Positions 1 through 11,305 of a DNA stretch of 64,000 nucleotides are shown piece after piece. Both the position numbers and the translations under genes were made by a program. How positions within the stretch are numbered: position 1 is the stretch's first letter; every line of letters begins with the position of its first letter. The stretch lies in NCBI GenBank assembly GCA_017654855.1, contig CM030335.1, forward strand, positions 868,001 to 932,000, written 5' to 3'. Origin of the DNA: Podospora anserina (taxonomy: Eukaryota). Under the pieces are notes generated by a model. That model saw only the letters and a list, made by a program, of their open reading frames with translations. It ran no database searches and was not told the DNA's origin.

Positions 1-2125
1 AAAACTATTATAAATATTCGTCCTTAAATATTATAATACTATTTCTTTATTTATTATAACGTTAACCACTATATATTAATTAAGTACCTCGGCCGCTTAA
101 TTAAAGGTAATAAAGGAAAGTATAATAATTAATTTATTTTCTTTATAGATTCTTCCTCTTACATTATATTTATCTTCGATTATATTATTAATTTAATTAC
201 TTTAAATAATAAAATTTATAGATTTTAAATAATATTCAAATCTTTTTTAATTAATAAAAATTATTTTTATTAATTTAAAGAATTTTATTTAAAAATAATT
301 AATAACCCTAGTTTTTACTACCTTTTTTTCCCCGGTTAATACTCGAAAGAATAATTTAAAATAATTAAAAATAATTTTCTTTAATTCGCTTATACTTTTA
401 AAAATAACTTTAATATAAAAATTATTTAATTCCCTATAAATATCTTCGTTTTATTAGGAATTATAAATTTTAAAAAAATATTTAAAATAAATAACTAGAA
501 TAAACTAAATATTAATAAATATAAATAGGTTTATATATTCGTTAATCTATTTTCCTATATCGAAATTATATTAAAATTTAAATTTATAAATATAAAAAAT
601 AAATTCTATAATATAATATTCTTTATAAATATTTTTAAAATGCTTTAAAGATTTTATAAAGTATTTTCTTTTAAGATTATTTTTAAAATCGATTTTCTTT
701 GGATTAAGGAATTTATATTAAAAAAAATATATAAATACTATAAGATAAGGGGTTAAATAATTAAACGTAAAGGACCTTTAAAAATAATAATAATCGGGGT
801 AAGCTTTTATAGGATATAAATATTTAGGTTATTAAAATTAATATACGAACCTAAAAGAAAAAGCGGGATATCCGGTATACCGAGTAGGAGGTATAATATA
901 ATTTTAAATAATAAAATTTAAATAAGTACGAAGTTTATTTAATATATTAGGAGCGTTAAGCTTTATAATCAAGCTACTTTAATTAAAAAAGAGGTAAAGG
1001 GTTTTAATATTTTTAAAATAAGCGCGGTTCGTAGCCGGGAAAAAAATAAATAATAATAATTCCAGGGATCTAGCCGCCGAAATAATTATTTTTATTACGG
1101 AACGAGCCGTAAAAGTTTAATACCTTTAATTATTACCGGGAAAATTAATTAAAGTAATAAGTAAAATATTATTAAATATATTAATACTCGATAATTATTA
1201 TTATATTTACGTTAATAATATAGTTTTTTCTTTATATATATTATTAAAAATATAAAAATAATTATCCTTTATAATTTTAATATATAAATATAAATTATAT
1301 TTATTTAAATTAAAAGGAAAGTATTTTTATTTCTTTATTTTTAAATTCCCGATATTCTAAATTAAATTAACCCGGAAATTTTTACGATTATTTATTATTA
1401 CTAAATAATATACTAAAAAGATTCCTTTTAATTAAAAATAAAAAAGAATTTTAATAATTAATATAGAAATAAAATTTATTAACGAATTAATTTTAATTAA
1501 TATTTTTAATTTATTTCCCGGTTTTATCCGGACTATATATTTAACTTTTTACTCGCGAGTAAAAAATTTAAAGTTTAATTGATAATAAAAAAGTTTTATC
1601 CGATTAAACGAAGAAAAATCGTTTCCGTTAAACTTCGCGGGGTTTAATAAAGTTATCGGTATTTATTATTATTTATAACTTCGTACTTCCTCTAATACCT
1701 AAGGCTTATAAATCTAATTTAGACCCTAAGCTTTACTTAACCCGGGTATAATCTCTATTTAAAATAGTAAGAAAATATATAAAACAATTATAATACTATA
1801 AATATACCTTTAATAGGTTTTAAAATAAATATACTTACGTAATAGTAACTCGCTCGCAGGCCGTACTTCACGTAAAACAAAGAAAAGACACTATAGGCTC
1901 GCAGGCCACATAATAAGTACCGGATTAGCCTGATTAGAGGGCCAGAATTGCCTGCACGCGTGTAAGGCATAAAATACGAAGAAAAGAATAAAAGTCGATG
2001 ATCTGTCTAAAATAGAATGTCCGAAGTAGACCGCTTATATACATAACCCCTGAACCCCTAAGTCCTCTGAGAGCCCCGCTTCCTTACTTATACTCTCAGG
2101 CCTGTGGCCGCACCCCAAACCAATA
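1..2125 (-). mobile_element. RIP-degenerated LTR retroelement of a second family (partial, runs off window), inserted into the integrase region of a Gypsy element
   Basis: Very AT-rich TpA-enriched DNA ending in a less-mutated ~286-bp LTR-like block (1840-2125) with RIP-compatible TG...CA ends and TATATAA on the minus strand. Gypsy integrase-like sequence begins abruptly at 2126. Internal domains cannot be confidently read. Confidence 0.55.
1840..2125 (-). repeat. Putative 5' LTR of the second retroelement family
   Basis: GC-richer block with internal direct repeat CTCGCAGGCC (x2) and TATA box; unrelated to the other LTRs in the window. Confidence 0.5.
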
Positions 2126-3428
2126 TATATAGAAAAACGAGGGTTATAAAGTATAAACTTTATAGATTTTTAAAATTATTATTAATAATAGAACGATTAT
2201 AGAGTTTAATTACGATAAACTTTATTATTAAATTATTAAAGTTTAAAAATATAATAACCGGCGTTAAATATAATAGTATATTAACGGTAATCGATAAGCT
2301 TATTAAATAAATATATTTCTTACTTTATAAAGAAATTTAGTCGGTAAAGTAATTAACGGATATAGTACTATAGTATATTATATTAATATATATATAGTTA
2401 AAAAAGTTTATTACGGACCGCGATATTAAATTCGTATCGAAATTTTAAAAAACGTTAATAACGAAGTTAAAAATAATAAATAAAGTATTTTCGGCTTACT
2501 ACCCTTAAACGGACGGTTAAACGGAACGGTTTAATTAAATTATAAAATAATATTTATAGAATTATATTAATTTCGAGTAAAATAATTAAATTAAATTATT
2601 ATTTACGGTATAATTAATATATAATATATTATTAATTAAAATAATTAAAATTATATTGTTTTTCATAAATTTTAAATATAAAATAGACCTATAGTAAGGA
2701 CTTAACGTTAAAGTATTTAAGGTTAAAATTAAAGTAAATAAATTATATATATTTTATAATAATTTTAAATAAAAATTAAAGTTTATAAAAGAAAGAATAC
2801 GGAAATACTATAATACTAAAAAGCTCGAGGAATTTTATTTTAAAGAGGGGAATATAATATTCCTTTCTATACGTAATTTACGTATTAAAAAACCTAATAA
2901 AAAGTTAAATTATAGAAAAATAAATTTATTTAAAGTTAAAAGGAAAATCTTAAAAACAATATTCGAATTAAAATTATTTAATATAATATATTTACGATTA
3001 TATACTTTTTATATTTTACTTTTAGAATTTATACTACCGGTAAATAAGGCTAATATATAAGTAATAGCGGAAGATAAAAAAAAAAATATAATATAAAAAA
3101 AAATATTAAATTTACGGTTTAATAAAAATTAATTAAAATATTTAATTAATTAATTAAAATATCCGATTATAAATAACTTATAAGAACTATAAATATACTT
3201 TAATTATTTAAATAAATAAAAAAGATTTTATTAATAATATTTAAACCGATTAAAACCTAAATAAAAGAAACGAATTTCTAGATTACTATTAAATAGTAAT
3301 AATATAAAAATTAAAGAACTTTAATAAAAATTAAACCTATATTTTTAACGTAATAATCGACGTACTATATATTATACTATAAAGTTAAAAAATATAAAAG
3401 GAATTAAATATAAATAATATTACGTATT

Positions 3429-4044
3429 TTAATTATTTTAAAAAGTAAAAAACGTATTAACGGTAATATTTTAGGAGGTTAAGAAGGAACGACCGGCTAC
3501 GCCCGGGTCTAAAGAAAGGTTAGGCGGCTAATTAAAGTTTAAAGAAGGATTTAAAAAGGAAAGATCGGAAGGAGTAACGGAAGCGTCCGCCGCCGGCGGG
3601 TTATATAGGGTAATAAGTCGCGCGGAAAACTTTCTCTCTTCCTTTTTAAAGAGCCGAAATTTATAATAGAAAGTAGTAAAGGTTTAAACCTTAAAGGTAC
3701 GCGATTATATTTCGAAACGAAAAAACTTATTTAAAATAATTTACTTTTCGGTATCCAAACGTTTTTTTTCCTTAATTAAAGGACGGACTATAAGGATAGT
3801 TAGAAAAGAAAAGGGAAGGTTAAAGAAAAAATTTACGATTTACGTTATAAATATTATAATAAAAACGATTTAAATTAATATACGGGAAGTACCGGTTATA
3901 TTAAAAGGAAGTTACGTATTAGAGGTTATTTTCTTTATAATAAATATATTTAGGTATAATAAAATTAAATTTTTTAAAAAAATATATTTAATTATAACGA
4001 TAATCGGTACTTATACGAATCGATTTCTTTATATAATTAAATAT
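3429..4044 (-). pseudogene. Antisense accessory ORF of Gypsy subfamily 1 (Cys6 Zn-finger-like + coiled coil), one intron 3788-3836, RIP-damaged
   Basis: Single frame of 189 codons after removing a 49-nt intron (GTAAAT...CTAAC...TAG). Stops are TAA/TAG only. TAT/TAC (RIP of TGT/TGC) fall in CxxC..C..CxxC..C spacing. C-terminus matches the other copies. Confidence 0.7.
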
Positions 4045-4159
4045 AATAGTTAGGATAAAAAAAGAGAGAAATTTATAATAGAGATATAGAAGAAAGGGAA
4101 ATCGGTAATTATTTTAGGAATACGGTTACCGAAGCGTTGACTTAGGAAGAGGGGTATTA

Positions 4160-4653
4160 TATTATAATTAACTTAATGGCAAGTCGCGCTATATATAGAG
4201 CGTAAGTCGTTCCTAATTAATTATTTAAAAAGTTAAGGAATAAGCCGATTAAGGCTAAATAAAAGTATTATAGCGTTAAAGCTTACGAATAGTCTATAGG
4301 ATATAAAATATTAGGGATAATTAGAAGTATAGTACGACGAGTATAATATAAATATAATATATTAGGAGTAATTAAAGGTATAGTACGATAAGTATAATGT
4401 AGGATATAATATATTAAAAGTAATCGGGCCTATAGTAGGGCGAGCACTTTACGGCCCCAAGGTCTATATATACGGAGGAACTGGCTAGTGTAAATAGATA
4501 GTTCTGTAATATATAATTTAAGCTTATATTTATAGTAATTAGTATTTATATTAAAATATTTTATTATATACTATTTAGCTATACCGAATTAATTATTAGA
4601 AGTTACCTTTAATTAGTATCCCTTTTAGAGGTTTTATATAGGGGTTCGTCACA
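4160..4653 (+). repeat. LTR (494 bp), subfamily 1
   Basis: Follows the PPT. The ~190-bp TATA/R/U5 half is shared with all other Gypsy LTRs here; the U3 half is unique, with a ~50-bp tandem duplication. Confidence 0.85.
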
Positions 4654-4694
4654 AAAACCTATAGACGGCACTAAGAAAAAACTAGATCTAAATT

Positions 4695-5113
4695 TATAAC
4701 GAACCCCTATATAGAACCTCTAAAAGGGATACTAATTAAAGGTAACTTTTAATAATTAATTCGGTATAGCTAAGTAGTGTATAATAAGATATTTTAATAT
4801 AAATATTAAATACCGTAAATATAAACTAAATTATATATTGCGGAACTATCTATCTATACTAACCAGTTCTTCCGTATATATAAACTTCGTTCCAAGCCCT
4901 AATTATAATAATTATTCCGCTCGTTCCTAATAATCATAATAATTACTATAATCCTCCGTAGCTCCCTATTAATTATATTACCGCGATTACTATATTTTCT
5001 TAGTCTATTATCTATAATCGTATATCTTTATCCTAATTAATTTTATTAACGATTAACTATATATTTTATACCCCGTATACGGTCCGTCTTACTTATTTAA
5101 CTTAATTATAATA
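4695..5113 (-). repeat. 3' LTR, subfamily 2
   Basis: Colinear with 10887-11305, same length; differences are mostly RIP transitions. Confidence 0.92.
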
Positions 5114-5221
5114 TAATACCCCTCCTCTTAAATCGAAGTCCCGTCGACTTAAAGCTTAAAATAATCGCTTATTGCTTATTTTTTTTTATTTATAAATCTT
5201 TTTTTTCTCCCTATTACTATA

Positions 5222-5880
5222 ATGTTTAACCCTTATAAAGTTTCTAAATCCTTATAACCCTTTACTCCAAACGTTAATCCGTAATACTATCGTCGTTTAG
5301 CTTTAACCGCCTTTATTAACTTTAAAGGCTTTATTATTATACCCTATTCTTTTTATACCGCCCGTAACTTAATTTATTACCTTTATAAGCGTTCTTTTCG
5401 TTCTAGTAAGTATATACGTCGAAGCCGTTTATATAACGCGTCGAATATTCTTACTATTATAAATTAATTAGTCCGTTCCTTTTTTAATATTTTATTTAAC
5501 CTTATTTAATTGAGTATTTAATTACCGAATATCGCCGTTTATTTTTAAAGGAGTTAATCGCCGAAAAATAATTTCTAAACGTTTACCGTAAAGCTAAAGA
5601 GGTTACGTATAAAGCGTAGGAAACCGTTATATATTTATCCCGCCTTTACTAATAAAAATAATATTTATCGGAGCGGGGTACCGCTATTATTAATAAGGTA
5701 ATACCTACGCTCGACTTTCTTACTATTATTACTTTTAATATTAACTTTTCTTTCCTAAATCCTTCTTTAAGCTTTAATTAATTACCTAACTTTTCTTTAG
5801 ACCCCGGCGTAGCTAATCCTTCCTTCCTAACCTCCTAAAATACTATTACTAATACGCCTTCCACTTCCTAAAGTAATTAA
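5222..5880 (+). pseudogene. Antisense accessory ORF of Gypsy subfamily 2 (Cys6 Zn-finger-like + coiled coil), probable intron 5471-5514, RIP-damaged
   Basis: ATG at 5222. De-RIP reading ~MPCSFCTARNLxCxLxxRSxRxSxCIRRxRxC (the fourth Cys position reads TCT here), then a coiled coil (LSRLxQQKQxLSERG) and the shared tail (LDPGVA...Q.N*). GT at 5471 and AG at 5513-14 restore the frame. Confidence 0.7.
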
Positions 5881-8800
5881 AGTACATAATATTATTTATA
5901 TTTAGTTCCCTTTATACCTTTTAACCTTATAGTATAGTATATAGTACGTCGATTACTACGTTAAAAGCGTAGGTTCGATTTTTATTAAGGTTCTCGAGTT
6001 TTTATATTATTATTATTTAGTAGTAATTTAAAGACTTATTTTTTTATTTAAATTTTAATTAATTTAAATATTATTAATAAAATTCCTTTTATTTATTTAA
6101 ATAATTAAAATTTATTTTTAACTTTTATAAATTATTTATAATTAAATACCTTAATTAATTAATTAAATACTTTAATTAACCTTTATTAAATTATAAATTT
6201 AATATTTTTTTTATATTATACTTTTTTTCTTTATCCTTTATTATTATTTATATATTAATTTTATTTACCGGTAATACGGGTTTTAAAAGTGAGATATAAA
6301 AAGTATATAACCGTAGACGTATCGTATTAAGTAACTCCAATTCGAATACCGTTTTTAAGATCTTCCTTTTAACTTTAAATAGGCTTACTCTCCTATAGTT
6401 TAGCTTTTTATTAAGTTTTTTAATATGTAAATTATATATAAAAAAGAATATTATATTTCTTTTTTTAAAGTAAAGTCCTTCGAGCTTTTTAATATTATAA
6501 TATTTTTATATCCTTTCCCTTATAAACTTTAATTTTTATTTAAACTTATTATAAAATATATATAATTTATTTACTTTAATCCTAACTTTAAATACTTTAA
6601 CGTTAGGTCTTTACCGTAAATTTATTTTATATTTAAAATTTACGAAAAATAATATAATTTTAATTATTTTTATTAATAATATATTATATATTTATTATAT
6701 TATAAATAATAATTTTATTTCATCGTTTTACTCGAAATTAATATAATTCTATAAATATTATTTTACGATTTAATTAAACCGTTCCGTTTAACTGTTTATC
6801 TAAGGGTAATAGGCCGATAACGCCTTACTTACTATCCCTAACTTTATTTTTAACGTTTTTTAAAACTTTAATACAAATTTAATATCGCGGTTTGTAATAA
6901 ACTTTTTTAATTATAAATATATTAATATAATATATTATAATACTATATTTATTAATTACTTTACTAATTAAATTTCTTTATATAATAAAAAATATATTTA
7001 TTTAATAAACCTATTAATTACTATTAATATATTATTATATTTAACGCTAGTTACTATATTTTTTAACTTTAATAATTTAATAATAAAATTTATTATAATT
7101 AAACTTTATAATTATTTTATTATTAATAATAATTTTAAAAATCCGTATAGCTTATATTTCGTAACCTTTATTTTCTTATACGTATAATATAACTAAATAA
7201 TTTCCTTAACGTCGTTTTTAATTTTTAATTAATTAAAATACTAGTTAGTTTTTTCTATAGTTTTTACAATACCTATATATTTTCCGAACTTTGATCCGTA
7301 AATCTCTATTACTAATATCGTCCTATTACTTAATATTATATACGCTCGATTTTTATACTATAATTTTCCCTAATTATTTTTTTAAATACTTTATAACGTT
7401 AATTTTTTTAATTAATATTATTTTATAATATTATTATTTAATTTTCTTTAATATTTATTTTTAAAAGTAATTTACTTATAATATACTATATAATACGTTA
7501 TTTATAACTAAAGTAAATATTTAAAAATACCTTCTAATATTTTTTCGAATAATAATAGTAACTCTTTAAATATATTTTCATAGTAATTAACTTACCGGCT
7601 AAATATATTTACCTTAACGTTTTCCGAACCTTTTTTATAATTAATTTAAAAATTAAATTTTTAAAAAAACTTTAATTATTATATTTATTATATATTAAAA
7701 ACCTTTATAATAATAAAATATTATAGGTTTTTATAATCCGTATAAATCTATATTTTATAATTAATATTATTAAAATATAACCTTTATTTTTTAAATACTT
7801 TAATAATAATAAATAATTTTTTATTATAAATTAAATAGTTTTAACGTACTCCTTTTAATTTCTTCGAAAAGAAAGTTATTAAATATAATTTCCTATCGTC
7901 GTTTCGCTATCCTAATTACTTACTAATCGTATAGTTTAATATATTAATTTTAATTTTAAATAATCGATTAAAATTTAATAATTTAAATATCGGGTTTTTT
8001 AAAATAACTTTATTTAATTCCTAAAAAGCTTATTCCTTTTCCTACCTTTACCGGAACTTTATATCCTTTTTAATTAAATAATTAAATAATTATATAATAT
8101 TTATATACCCTCGAATAAATATTTAATAGAAATTTATAAACCTTAAAAATTCTTTAATATATATTTATAATTACGGTATAAATTAATTTTTAATTACTAT
8201 AATTTTCTTAAATTCTATACGAACCTTACTTAATAATATTAAATATTTTAAATATATTATCTTTTATATATAAATTTTTTTTTTATTAATTAAAAGTTTA
8301 ATTTTATATAACGCGTTAAATATTTTTTATATATATTATTTATATTTTTTTAAAATATATAAATAAATAAAAATATTATTAAAATAATATATTATTATTT
8401 TATTAAAGTACTTCTGGATTATATAATTAACAAAAAATTAAAATATTATAGATATATTAATTAATTTAAATAATATTATAAGATACTTAAAATAATTATA
8501 AAATATATAAAATACTATTTTTTATTTATTTTTTTCTTTAATTTATATATAAGCGTACCTAATAAATATATTTAAATATATAAAATATTACGCCCTTATT
8601 AATTAATTCCGTAATTTAAATATTAATAATAATAAATAATTATTTTCTACCGTTTCGTTATTTAATTAATAGTAATTTATATATAATTATAAATTATTAT
8701 TTTTCTTTAATATAAAAAATATAAAATATTTTATTAGCGATATAGATTTTTTAATATATTTTTTTTTTTAAATTTTCGTTTAAATATTTCTATAATTCTT

Positions 8801-10886
8801 TATTTTACTTATTATTAATATAATAAACTTTAAATAAATATAGTTTAACTCTTTCATTTAATTTAATTTTGTAATCCTATAGTCCTCGCTCGGGAAATCC
8901 CTTTAAATATTTAACCGTAAAAGTTAAATATCTTTAATATTCTACCAATATTATTTTTTTCTTACCTTTCTCTACTTTATTATAATAAATATATTTATTA
9001 ACCTCCGATATCTCTATTAATATTATTAACTTTATTTTTTCGATTTTACTATTTATATTAATAAAATATATTATTATTTTTTAAATTTTTTATAGTAATA
9101 CCGTAAAGGATATTTATTTTATACTTTCCTTTATATATATATTTAATCTTCTATCGTTAATTAAATACTTTTAAGGTTTTTTTAATTATAAATAATTATT
9201 ATTTTTTTAATTAATATTTAAATTATAGTTTTTATATTATAGTTACTTTAAAATTATATTTTTCGAGGGTCCTATATTTATAATATTAAATATAATTAAA
9301 ATTATTTTTCTTTCGATTATAATATTTAAAAGTAATATTTTTTTATAAACTTTTTATATCGGAAATAGTCTTTATATAACGATTTATTTCTTTTTTTTAT
9401 TTTATAATATTTTAATTTAATATACGAACTATAATAAAATTAAATTCGTTTTTATATTACCGTTTATTAATATTATTACTTAAATATTTTTTTAATATAT
9501 TATAATTTAAAAATATTTTTTTTTTTTACTTCTTCCCTATATAATAATAACTTTATTAATAAATACTAAATTATTATTTTATACTTTTATTTTATATTAA
9601 TACTTTTAAAAATATTATTCGTAATCCGTTAAAGGTTATTAACCTTCGCGAAGGGCCGTAAATTATTTTTTAAACGGTTATATCGTTTAAAAATATTTTT
9701 TTATTCCGGGTTATTTAGTAATATAAAGTTTTTTAATTATATTTATTTAATTTATTTCTATTTCCCGTCTTTAACGTATTTAGTATTTTTTTATATATAT
9801 ATTTAATAACGGTTCTTCGCTTTATTTTATTAATACTTAATAATTACGACCTTTATAATTTTTAATCTTTTTAATATAATAATTATTATAATCCCTCTTT
9901 TTTATTTAAGTTACTTAAATACCTTATAATCCCTTTTAAAATATTTTACTTTATTATAATTAAACTATTTAAAATTATTTTTATTTTAATTTTACGGTTT
10001 TTATTATTAAATAATATTAATTTCTATAAACCTTATATATATAATCCCCGAAATATAAATCTCGTATAACCGTCTTTTTATTATTATTAAGGTAATAAGA
10101 TCTTTATATACGTATACCTTTACGCTTTTTATAATATTAATATTATTAATCGTTAATACAGATTACTATTATAATATATTTATCGATAGTCTCCGGTCGC
10201 TTTATTTAATATAATTTATTTTTAATTTTTTTAAACCTATTATAAAAAAATTATATTAATTTTTTATTATTAATTATATTATAAAATATATTTATTTTAA
10301 ATAATATAATATAATTAATAATAAATTAAATTTATTTAAAATTAATTAATTACTTTTAAATATATATACCTTTATTATACTCTTTAAATACTTTTTTAAT
10401 CTTTTTTTTAAAACCTTTATATAATTTAAAATATTTTTTTATAATATTTTTTTTTATTATATTTATTATCGAAATAATTTTTTAAAATCGATTCGAATTA
10501 AATACTTTATTTTTAAGCTTAAACGCAGCGTATATAACTTTAAATTCCTCGTTTAGGAAACGAAAAGAATAATATTAAAAGTAAGCTTTAAATTAAATTA
10601 AGAATCTTTTTAACTCTCCTTTTATATTTCTATAGTAATCGGGTATTTCGAGCTTAGTACGCTTTCCCTCCTTACGTAAAATAATAATTTTCTAGTAAAA
10701 TATAATATTTTTTTACGTAAATATATTATAAGAAAAGCGTAATTTATTTTTAAGTTTTTAAATATAAACGAGAAGCTAATCGATAGTAAGTTAAATCGAG
10801 CCCCTTTAAGTATTAACGTTTCTAACTATAATATTATTTTAATATTTTTAATTTATCTATAATAAAGTTAAAATAAGTATATAACG

Positions 10887-11305
10887 TATAACGAACCCCT
10901 ATATAGAACCTTTGAAAGGGATACTAGTTAAAGGTAACTTCTGATAATTAGTTCGGTGTAACTAAGTAGTACATAATAAGATATCTTAATGTAAATACTA
11001 GATACCGTGAATATAAGCTGAATTGCATACTGCGGAACTATCTATCTATACTAGCCAGTTCCTCCGTATATATAGACCTCGTGCCAAGCCCTGATCATAG
11101 TGATCATTCCGCTCGTTCCCAATGATCACAATGATCGCTATGATCCTCCGTGGCTCCCTATTGGTTGTGTTGCCGCGATCACTGTGTCTTCCCAGTCTGC
11201 TGTCCATGATCGCGTATCCTTGTCCTGATTGGTCCTGCTAGCGATTGGCTGTGCGTCTTGTGCCCCGCACACGGTCCGTCCTGCCTGTTTGGCTTAACTG
11301 TGACA
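10887..11305 (-). repeat. 5' LTR, subfamily 2 (outer half nearly free of RIP)
   Basis: Ends TGTGACA followed by TSD AAATT; multiple TGATCA/TGATC motifs. Confidence 0.95.

Larger units (their letters stand above)
2126..4653 (+). mobile_element. Ty3/Gypsy chromovirus, 3' part (integrase, chromodomain, antisense ORF, PPT, 3' LTR), RIP-inactivated; LTR subfamily 1
   Basis: Reverse-complement homology to 5880-7190 and 48300-49540. De-RIP reading gives integrase and chromodomain-like motifs (EYxVExILDSR...YLVxW...NSWEP). PPT AGGAAGAGGGG at ~4144-4154. LTR 4160-4653 ends GGGGTTCGTCACA. Confidence 0.9.
4695..11305 (-). mobile_element. Full-length Ty3/Gypsy chromovirus (6.6 kb), RIP-inactivated; LTR subfamily 2 (resembles the Podospora crapaud family)
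   Basis: Two 419-bp LTRs (4695-5113, 10887-11305). 5-bp TSD AAATT (4690-4694, 11306-11310). PPT next to 5113. Minus-strand relics of protease (ILG.PW...NP.IDW), RT (YFDD-like), RNase H, integrase and chromodomain. The family name is inference. Confidence 0.93.

Noticed and set aside
1-11000. AT-rich block as mitochondrial insertion, contaminant or centromere core
   Set aside because: Fully explained by RIP-mutated retrotransposons with LTRs, TSD and pol relics; centromere status cannot be judged from sequence.
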